Assembly: GCA_977030845.1 (NCBI GenBank)
Contig: OZ365110.1
Coordinates: 21,762,001-21,826,000 of the forward strand
Length of the DNA: 64,000 bases
Reading direction: 5' to 3'
Origin: Fimbriosthenelais zetlandica
Taxonomy: Eukaryota
Shown here: piece by piece, positions 25,219 through 36,011 of the stretch
How positions within the stretch are numbered: position 1 is the stretch's first letter
How the letters are laid out: each line of letters starts with the position of its first letter
Notes under the pieces: generated by a model
Databases searched by the model: none
What the model was told of the DNA's origin: nothing
The model's input: only the letters and a program-made list of their open reading frames with translations
Program-made: the position numbers and the translations under genes

Positions 25219-28200
25219 CCCAGCTAACAAAATACTTCCATTTGAGGTTCGCCAACGTTAAGATAAGGCAATTATTACCAACGTCTGAAAAAATACCTCT
25301 TTTAAACGTTAATTTAACGCCATTAATAAAGAGTACTAAAAGGCAACCTCAAATTTACGTTAAATGAACTGTTGTTATCCAAACCTATTTAATCACAACG
25401 TGTTTTGACGTTAGAAAAAACAACATCCTAAAAACCAACGTTAAATAAACGTTTCTACAAAAAGCGTTGTGATTCTGACAGTGAAAATAACGTTGATTAT
25501 TATGATGTCAACTAACGTTAGTTAACGAACGTCTAATAGACGTTTGAAAACAGAAGGTTGGTTACCAGAGGTGAAAATGACGCTGGGTAATAAGATGTTC
25601 CTTTACGTTTAGAAGTCCAACAGATAATTGATGTTCAGAAAATGAACGTTGCCTATATGGAGGTTAAAAAGATGTTTTTAATAAGATGTTCTTTAACGTT
25701 TAGAAATCCAGCAGATAATTGATGTTCAGAAAATGAACGTTGCCTATATGGAGGTTAAAAAGATGTTCTTAATAAGATGTTCTTTAACGTTTATAAATCC
25801 AACGGATAATTGATGTTCAGAAAATGAACGTTGCCTATATGGAGGTTAAAAAGATGTTGGTTAATAAGATGTTTTATAACGATTAGAAATCCAACAGAAA
25901 ATTGATGTTTAGAAACAGAACGTTGGTTATCTGAACGTGCAAAACATGTTTTAAAAAGATGTCAATTAACGTTCACAAATCCACCAGATAATTTATGTTC
26001 AGAAACAAAACGTTGGTGATCTAGAGGTGAAAATGCTGTTCGTTATTAAGATGCTTTTTAACGTTGAGTAATCCAGCAGATAATATATGTTCAAAAAATG
26101 AACGTTGGATATCTGGAGGTCGAAATGGCGTTGGGTAATAAGATGTTATTTAACAGTTAGAAATCAAATGGATAATACATGTTATGAAACCGAACGTTGG
26201 TTATCTGGAGGTGAAAAAACATAATGGTTAAAAGGATGTTCATTAACAGTCAAATATCCAACGATTTTACCTCAAAACAACCTCCTGTACCAACGTTTAT
26301 GTACCAAGTCACTTTGACGTTAAATTGCGTGGACTCAAAACGCCGTCAATTTGACATTAAAAAAACGTTGGTATTTATTTTCTATAAACGTATAATTGAC
26401 ATCAAATCAGCGTCATTTTGACGTCTATCATAATGAAAATTGACCTCAAATTCACATAACGTCATAACTTCAAATTGCCTACAAATTCACATTGGTGTAA
26501 ACATCAAATAGCCATCAAATTAAGGTTAGATCTAATGTTGGGCATGTCGTAAAATCAACATCAAATTGACTGCTAATGATCTACAATATACCTCAAGTTC
26601 ATGTTGATTATTACTCCAAATTGACCTCGAATTCACATTGGCCATAACTTCAAATTGCTTTCAAAATCACATTGGTGTAAACATCAAATAGACATCAAAT
26701 TAAGGTTAGATCTAATGTCGGGCATGGCGTAAAATCAACATCTAATTGACTCTGCTAATGATCTACAATATACCTCAAGTTCACGTTGGTTATTAGTTGA
26801 AATTGTCCCCGAAATCACATTGGTGATTACTTACAAATGACGTCAATTTCACACCAGTTTAACATGAAATAAACATAGAGTTGATGTTGGCTCTTAACGT
26901 TCAAATATCCACCGGATAATATATGTTCCAAAAATGAACGTTGGTTATCTGGAGCTGAAAATAACGTTGAGTAATGAGATGTTTTTCGGCGTTCAGCAAT
27001 CTAACAGATTATATATTTTCAGAAAATGGATGGCATTAACCAGAGTTTAATAGACATCAGTTCTAAGAAATAGAGTCTGGTGATTAAGAGGTGAAATAAT
27101 GTTGAATTGCTCAACATAAATTGTTAACCTTAATCAAACAACCTTCGAGAGATATTTAGAAAATGAACTTCAGTGATTAACAGGTGAAAATCTAAATACT
27201 GAAATCTTAATACTGAATGATAGTAAAGGTGATTTTACAAGTAAAATAACGTTCTTTGCGTGGGTCTTGGCTAGTTCATGAAATGCTCACTGGGGATCTT
27301 TTGACCCAGGACACATAATTTAATAAAGTTACAAATCCTCAATTTATCTTAAATAGCACCAAACTTTAATGTCACTATTTTTACCTGAATATTATATATC
27401 AATCAGATTTTACCAGACACTTATTTTATTTAGGCATTTACCAAAGAGGTTTCAATACAAACTTACATTTTGTTAATGTCAACACCTTGTATGTGTGCGT
27501 TAAATGTAGAACAGTTTCCAGGAGTTAGAAAAGGCATTGAACAAAAAGTAGTGTGCAACATGTAGTACGGAAAATCATGTTATCCCTCAGTTGTGCACTA
27601 ACTGTCATCCATGGTCTTTACATGGACAACAGGTACGATGAACATGGCCAATGAAAGGGCCATGCAAAATCAGTCCGCTTCAGGTAGGGAAGGCCTCGAG
27701 AGTTGGGACCCCGGGTTTGGGGAACCTGACTAATAAGGTTGGCGACCTTTAAGTCAGGGGCCTCAACTCTACCCCAGGACCAATTCTCCCTGCCTTACTC
27801 TATCTTTTATCAGATTATAAAACCATCATACAATCCACATTATTTCAATGAGGCCATATTTATGACTTAATATTGATGTTAATTTGCTGTTTAAATTACC
27901 TTAAGGCCAAAGTAAATTCTATGTTTATTTTATGTTAAACTAATGTGAATTTGAAGTCAATTTGAAGTAATAACCACCGTGAACTTCAGGTATATTTGAG
28001 ATCATTAGCAGAGTCAATTTGATGTTGATTTTACACCATTCTCAACATTAAATCTAACCTTAATTTGATGGCTAGTTTCTGTTTATCAATGTGAATTTGA
28101 AGTAAATTTGAAGTAATAACCAACGTAAACGTGAGGTATATTTTTGATCATCAGCAGAGTCAATTTGATGTTGAATTTACACCATGCCCAACATTAAATC

Positions 28201-28516
28201 TAACCTTAATTTGATGGCTATTTAGTGTTTACACAAAGGTGATTTCGAGGGCAATTTGAAGTTATGACCAATGTGAATTTGAGGACAATTTACTTTATGA
28301 TTGACGTAAAAATGGGGAGCTATGAGGTATCTTGACGCTGATTTGATGTCAATTTTACATTTATAAAAAAAAATTGCCAACGTTTCTTTATTGTCAAGAT
28401 GACGGTTTCTTGAGTCCACGCAATTTGACGTAAAAGTGACTTGGTCCTTTAACGTTGGTTTATTCAAATACAGGAGGTAGTTTTGAGGTAAAATCGAAGT
28501 AATTTTGTTAGCTGGG
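25219..28516. mobile_element. Non-autonomous EnSpm/CACTA (CMC)-type DNA transposon, 3298 bp, 2-bp TSD GT
   Basis: TIRs CCCAGCTAACAAAAT(T)ACTTC at both ends; GT at 25217-25218 and 28517-28518; extensive AACGTT/GACGT-rich subterminal arrays, as is typical of animal EnSpm elements. No transposase. Confidence 0.82.
25530..26260 (+). repeat. ~91-bp tandem array inside the EnSpm element
   Basis: CAGATAATTGATGTTCAGAAAATGAACGTTG or variants recur at 25621, 25712, 25803, 25895, 25985, 26077 and ~26169. Confidence 0.85.
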
Positions 28517-28980
28517 GTAGGCCTAGCTGGCTATATAGGCCCTACCCATTCACGACGTCTTTATCGATCCACCAATCTAAGGTTCTTCTTGGGTCATGAG
28601 TATTCGGGGCATACAAAGGAAGAATCAGTCATGATTAATTGATTTTATTAACGGGCTGCCACAAGTGATTAAAAGTGTAGTACTATAGCCCAACTGTGGA
28701 AAGTCCACATCTTATACTTACCATCCATTATAACCCTTGGCAGATAGGACATTCAAAATTGTAATCAAATTTTGTAAAACGTAATAATAGCCTACAATTG
28801 AGGCTAAGGGAATTCTACTCTGATAAAAAGAATATTTTATAATTAGCCAACTATTTTCAAAGGGATAATGAATGATAATGAATGATTATAATGATATGAA
28901 TTGTCTCGTGTCATATAACAATCCTCTATATATAGCAGCAGCAATCAGGAACACAATGTGATCAGTGAGGGAAATGCATC

Positions 28981-31900
28981 ATGGGGTGTTGCGGCCAGGA
29001 ACGCACCTCTGATGGCAGGGTTGGTCCGCTGCAGGTGAGACAATTAATTAAGGCCATATAGAAACACGTTTTATTCCTTATTTTTAATAACAAATCATGG
29101 CAATCCGAAATTATACTAGTTAGGTTATGCCAATAAATCTTTTCAGGGTGAAATAAGGGATGTAGACTATGATGACCATTTTGATGGTCCATTGGAGAAA
29201 AGGTCCTGCACCGACGTCTTCTTCGTTTTATTGTTAATTGCTGCAATAGGAGGAATGGTAACGATTTCATTTCAGTTTTTTCTGAGAATTCTGAAACTTG
29301 CGATATTGAACGTAGCCTACACATCATCGATCTTCTACAATTTGACCTCTTTTACATTTAGGGTTATGTGGGTTACTTAGGGGTGATTGATGGTGACCCG
29401 GAAGTAATAATATTTGGTCGCGACAGCTGGGGTAATATTTGTAACAAACCTAACGTTGCTATTCCGAATGTCAACCTGTCAGGACGGAATATGACTGGTT
29501 TATCGTGAGTAAAATTCCAAACATCAAAATAAGAACATCGGAATTTATCCAATTTCATAGTCGATCATCATCGAGCTTTTCTCAGAATATCTCATATCTC
29601 TTTATGTTCATGAAAGATCGAACGTATTGCCTTGTCTTTTCAGGAGGGTGTATTATTTTGAATTCTCATCCTTACTGGCTCCAACTCTTGTGTCTGCCCC
29701 AGTCCTCTGTGTGAGGAAATGCCCGGATGTAAACCTTGTCACCGTTGGTGACCTTCAGGACTTCGCCCTTAATTTTAGTTCCACACTCTGCCGTTACGAT
29801 GTCGCTGTGAAAGACTACCAGAACGGAAGTACCTTGTGTCCCTCACTTCCTGTTATTCCACAGTATGCTTTCCAGAAATTCCATTTCCTGACTTCTCTAA
29901 TTCAAGTAGGCTAGGCCTATATTAGGGACTCTAGTAACGCGTGCAATCCACCGCTCAAATTCTCACCCAGCTGGGCATGTGAAAATTGGGTCGCGACTTG
30001 ACAGTACTGATTTGGTAGTGTTCACGTTTTGAGGCATTGCTCAGTCCTAACATATCTGACCAACTTCTACTTTACTGCATTTGAAAGAACACGAATCGAC
30101 GTACATGATGGTCGTTTTTTGATAATAATACGACCAGTCCTTCCTATGTCTATTGTCCAAGAGAAAACGGGGTAACTTACAATCGCAAATATTTACAAGG
30201 ATTTTAATCGGGGCGCTGAATTTGATGATCTAGTCGGCTTTTTCAGACATTTTTACTCCATAATCAGTAATTTATATTGATATTAGGACCGGCGCAGTCT
30301 GTTTAATATAGAACGCAAGATTCTACCTTGACGTTTCCCGACATGTCTGGCTAATACACTAAACTGCCATAGGAAGGCCGAGCGTCTGCTCCGAGCGGAG
30401 AATTAATCGCCGAAATCTCTGGAAATTATAAGCGGGGCGTTCGTTTTGAAGGTTTAGAAACCTTTTTCGACATTTCTACACCAGAATCATGTCGGTTTGG
30501 ATTGTATTAGGACCGGCGCAGTCTATGTAATATCCAAATAGATTCTTCATGTATTTTTTACCATGCGGCCCAGCCTACTACAGTTAGGCCAAATAACAAA
30601 ATACTGTTTCAGGTCACATAACATTTTTAAGACCAACGTAGATTTCAATTTTTCAGAGGAGAGTCAGGACTTTAGAGTTTTGTTTTTAGCTAAAGAATGG
30701 CGATGACGTCGGCGATTCTATGGGGGATTTTATGACGGTCAGTCGTTGAACCAGAAACAAACATTACAACTTTCTGGCCTTACTCAGAAAGTGAATGACC
30801 GCTGCACTGTGAGACCACCACAAGGCAAAACAATTTTAGTCCGAGAACAGCGTTAATTTAAGTTTAAATTCTGAAGCAATTACCGGGTCGATCTCGATGA
30901 AACAAAAACCTATACGTAGCTTAAGATATGTAGAATATGGAGCTTTAAGATGAAAGAGTAAAAGCCGTTATTAGATTTCTGATTCAAAGCAGTCATTTAG
31001 CATTGATTCTCTAGAACAAGTGACTTTTAACCTACATATTACGAGGGGACGACAAGGTCAAAGGTCAAATAGTCTTGCATAATCATTTAACACCAGATAA
31101 TTTGAATATATATTGAAGATTTGACAAAAATTGGTTGAAAAGTAAAGTTTGTGTGACAGAATAAAAAACAGACGTTCATTACACAGTGACGTGGCCAATT
31201 CCTTCTCCGATAGCCTATAGTAAAAAAGTGAGAAATCTTGTCCATTTTCTGGCCGTTCAATCCCCGATAACTTCTGAACGGATAAAGATATTCACTCCAT
31301 TTAAAAAGTTTTGTCTAATTCCGCCCAACATCCAGCCCTTGGTCATATTTAAAAAATTAAAGAACGATTTTAAAATTTTTATTAGAGTCCCTACCTATAT
31401 GCTTAGGGGTCACCCATATCATATTGAATATTTAGGCCATAGGCCTACGTAGGCCTGCTGTTATAGCTATAAACAACAGTTAGCAGACATGATACCGGAA
31501 ATGTCTTTTTTATTTGCATGAGTTGCATTGAATACGTAGTATTGAATTCTCTAATAATTTTTATCTATTTTGTATCTGTATTGTATCTTTATCATTTAGC
31601 CAGAACATCCTAAACCGATGTGTACCGAAAGCAGCCGTGGGTATAGCCGAGTCCATCTTGGGAGCAGTGACCAATACCTTGTCCCTGATAGAGGTACAGT
31701 GTGAGGAGGCTGGGGACTTCTGGCAAAGGGCAGCCAGGGACCTGGAGAACACCTGGAGGGAAATAGTCTACCTGTCTGCTATAGCTGTAGGTGTGGCATT
31801 GGTCATTACTTTTCTCATGGGTTTTCTGGCCAAGATTATCATCTGGATCATTGTCATAGCCGTGGCGTTGGGTTCTATGGCTGGAACAGGATACTGCTGG

Positions 31901-34668
31901 TAAGATAGACCGACCTATAGAATTTGATAGTGATCTTTTGCTATTTTTGTCTGTCAAACAATTTATGACAGATACACGAACCATAGGCCTAATTGTCGGG
32001 TTTTAACCCAGGTGATGAGTTGAGATTTGTTTCGATATATTTTCAGGTACACCTATTACAACTACAAAACCATGCTGGACAAAATACCTGAAGAGCATCG
32101 TATTGATTCTGATGTTGAAAGAGTAAAATCCTGGTTGATTTATTCTAGTTTAGCGACAGCTGGAACTGTGATAATCCTTCTTGTTCTCCTCGTCATGAGG
32201 TCGAGAATAGCGCTGGTGGCTCAGCTCTTTAGGGAAGCTGGCAAAACAATCCTCAAAATGCCAATGATATTGTTCCAACCAGTATGGACACTAATTGTTC
32301 TGGCCGCCAGTCTTGCAGGACTTGCCTATCTGTTTATGTATATTGAGACTGCAGGTCAGCCCCAGGTAAATTCTCAAACAGGATTTGTCAAGTTTAAGCA
32401 AGGTGATGTGCTATTCTACATGAAGTGGTATTACATATTTTGTGTTCTCTGGTTGGTCCAATTCATCTTTGCTTGTCATCAAATGGTCATCGCTGGAGCT
32501 GTGGCCATCTGGTATTTTAGCAGGTAGGCTAATATTTTTAATAGTTGTAGGCCCTATAATGAAAAGAAGTTTAATGAAAATAAAATTAAAAATAGAAGTC
32601 ATGAATTCATGACTTATTCAAGACGTCAGGGTATCACCGATATATCAATGTAATTATTCTAGGGATAAGAAGCTGGGCTGGCCCATTCTTGAATCAATGA
32701 GGCGGCTGATCCACTATCACCTTGGGTCCGTAGCTTTTGGCTCACTCATCATCGCCATCGTGCAACTCGCCAGAATCATTCTGGCATATATACAGAAGAA
32801 GTAAGCTCTCCATTTTGCAAATCAATTAAATTATTTTGTTCGCGAAGGGTCGATGTACACCTACCACAATAAAAAGGATATAGAATTTAAGATATATGAA
32901 ATCTCAAACTTAGACGATTTTAAATGATGTCAATGAGTAATACATATAGTCATAGCTAGAACTATACGGTACAGAAAAGATCCTAGGAGGTGGAACTAAA
33001 GGTGTATTGAACCCTAAAGCCTTAATCTGGTTGAATCTATAGTTGCTTGATGCAGGCCTGATCAGGATAACTCAATCCGCGGCTGATGACCATCCATACA
33101 AGTGTCTATTGATCAAATATCGATTAGTTCGGCAATTAATTCACGTTCTGAATATTGATAATCAATTGTACAATCATAGTTGGGTATATATATAAGTGCC
33201 TATACTAATACATGTATACCCAAGTATATGTCTTGTTTCGAGGAGAGTGCATGGATGCCTCAACAGAGGACAAGTGCACCACCTATAGATGCGTATTATA
33301 ATAACGCATGCCAACCAATGTTTAACTACGGTAATTGAATATGAATAGTTGAAGTTTTTCATCTGTCTTTAACCATTTCAGGGTTGCTGGAAAAACAGAC
33401 CCATTGGTTGCGTTTCTGTTTAAGTGTCTACAGTGTTGTTTGTGGTGTTTTGAGAAAGTTCTGAAATTTATCAATAAAAATGCATACATTATGGTTGGTA
33501 AGGACCCAAATTGCTTATACTTTTTCTAATAACTCCCAATTCAATTAATTCATATTTATAACTGATATTAATTCACTGGAAAACATATACGATCTATTCC
33601 GTTCAATCTAATCATTTCAGTCTTATTTTTTTCCAGCCATATACGGCTACAGTTTTTGCAAGGGAGCACGAAGAGCCTTCACCCTTCTACTTTCTAATGT
33701 GTTACGAGTAGCCGCCATTAATTCTGTTGGTACCTTCATTCTCTTTCTGGGCAAGGCGGGAGTGGTGGCAGTAACAGTCGTCATTGGTTTACAATTATTT
33801 AAAGTAAGGAAATTGTTACAGCCATTTGCTCTTCGGTTTCCTTGCATGATAATACATGAGTTATGTATATGAAGACACATATGTAGGCTTTATATAATAT
33901 TGCTTGCAGAAACATGGAAAATTGTTTATGGTAGTTGATCGCAAAACTTTTCCAATTGCTAAAGAACTTAATTAATAATTATTATTCATAAAATATCTTT
34001 GTTATTTTTCAGTCAAATACTACTCTGTGTTATATCTGGGTGCCCTTGATATTTGCTGGAATTGCTGCCTTCCTTGTGGCTCATACATTTTTGTCCGTCT
34101 ATGGGATGGCCATAGATACCATCTTCCTCTGCTTTTGTGAGGATTGTGAGAGGAATGATGGAATCATCAAACCCTATTACATGAGTAAAGATCTCATGGT
34201 AAGTAAGATTGATTTAATTGAATTAGTATATTGATACTAATTAATAATTGTGCTATTGATTCTATTATTAATTGACAATTCATTTTGTACTCAAACCCAT
34301 GAGACCCATTTACAATGAGATCACGACGCTTAAAACCATGTACGTTTTGGGGTTGTTTATTAACAATTATCCCTCCCCCTCCTTTATTACCGGTATATAA
34401 TTTTTCGTTGCAATACGTTAGATTTCTCAATATAATATACACTTTAAACATTCGAACCATATTTTTAATTTCATCTCTAAAGACCTACGTTGAAAATTCG
34501 AATGAAGCTCTAGATGCTTTGAAGAAGAGAGGAATGTTCCCCAAGTTTAAGGGAGGTCGAGTGGTCCCCACTACAGCAATTGAAGTTATGGAGGCGTATC
34601 CTTCACAAGCCGCTCTTGATAGTGGACACATGGGCAACGTACCAGGACCAGCAATATACAGACGCTGA
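28981..34668 (+). CDS. SLC44A1: Choline transporter-like protein (CTL1 / SLC44A1-type), 11 exons, ~698 aa
   Basis: Exons 28981-29034, 29147-29257, 29362-29504, 29644-29862, 31600-31899, 32047-32523, 32663-32800, 33382-33497, 33637-33803, 34013-34198, 34483-34668 (2097 nt). N-terminal MGCC, RSCTD, DSWGNIC, HLGSVAFGSLII, NAYIMVAIYG, AIDTIFLCFCED are hallmark CTL motifs. Confidence 0.92.
29923..31393. mobile_element. Non-autonomous TIR DNA transposon, copy 2 (1471 bp, 7-bp TSD CCTATAT), inverted relative to copy 1, in SLC44 intron 4
   Basis: TAGGGACTCTA...TAGAGTCCCTA; CCTATAT at 29916-29922 and 31394-31400; the reverse complement matches copy 1 in every segment I compared. Confidence 0.9.
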
Positions 34669-36011
34669 AACAGCACTGATTTGATTAGTTCCGGGTTTAG
34701 ACTATAGTTGCATTTTTGCCAAATTTCTATATCTTTCTCTACTATAATGCCTGTGATGAACGTGCTCATGTGATGCCTTTTTAATTATTGATGCGATAGG
34801 AGATAGGCCTACCTGATCTTAAATGCGGTCATGGGAATGGGCTTTTCTCCCAGGGAAAGTTATTTCTTATTTATCTCATAGTATTTCGCAAGCTGTGATT
34901 CATTACTGTATTAGGCCTAACACCAGGAACGAGAATATTGCTTACTGGAGGCAAGAGGCAGTCATAAGATAACCATGTCCTCAAAGAAGCCGATAGCTGT
35001 ATGGAGGGTTTCGTAACGTAAGCCTATATTCCCACAGAGTTCATTGACTTCCTCAGTTTCACCTAGTTTATATCCTACATCTAATTGGTTCCTGGGGAGA
35101 ACTCACGTGACCTCAGAACCATTTCTGCCCACACACTGACTCGTGATGAAATATTAATCGTGGTGCAGATCTAGATCTTGTCGTAACTCTAAAACACGGA
35201 AACTTCTTTAATTATACGGAGAAAAGAACACTAAAATGTAGGCCTAAACATGACATAGCCTACATCCTCAACTGTGATCACTATTTGCATAAAATCACAG
35301 AAAATAAATGTAAATGTAGATGTGAATGTGAATAAGTTGAATGTGAAAAATATTGTCAGATCTTAAGTTTGTTTACCGTAGAGTAATTGGGGAATTATTT
35401 GCCATGTGGGATTGACCAGTCGCTGAAGTTCACGAGCAACGTCACACATGAGTGATCACGCACTCAAGAAGAGTAGCTCATGCAAGGGAGAGTGCATGAA
35501 ATAAATTAATAACTCTAAAAAGTACTATATTATACCTAGGACTAAATTATATAAAGAGATATGAAACACTTACATGAATTAGGGCTGTGTAGCCTGGTAT
35601 CAGAACTGTAGGCTACCCACTTACAATTTTGTTCCCATTCCTACAATATCAAGAAAGTCACTGCTAAACTACAATTTGAATGACTTTTTAAGAAATGACC
35701 TTTTCTGTGTTTCTGATCAACTCTAACCAAACAGGTCATCATGCTTGCCAGCTCTGCTTTGTACAAAGGTGGCCTCTAGTGGGAAAACCGCAACTATATA
35801 GCCTACCCTTCATTCTGGCAGGCTTATCCCAGAAAAAAATGGCGGCCTCCATGTAGGCCTATATTTTCTTCTGGGGCAAACCATTACATTTCGGAACTGA
35901 ATTGTCTCTACGGATTTTTTTCTATAATTTTTTACCAAGTAGCCTAAAGTCAGATTACTATATGTCTAGTATTTCATATCCCTTTAATATAAAGTGTCTG
36001 GATACAATCAT

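Noticed and set aside
23100-26260. CRISPR-like arrays (24-bp and 91-bp repeats)
   Set aside because: Head-to-tail repeats without unique spacers, no cas genes, eukaryotic context.
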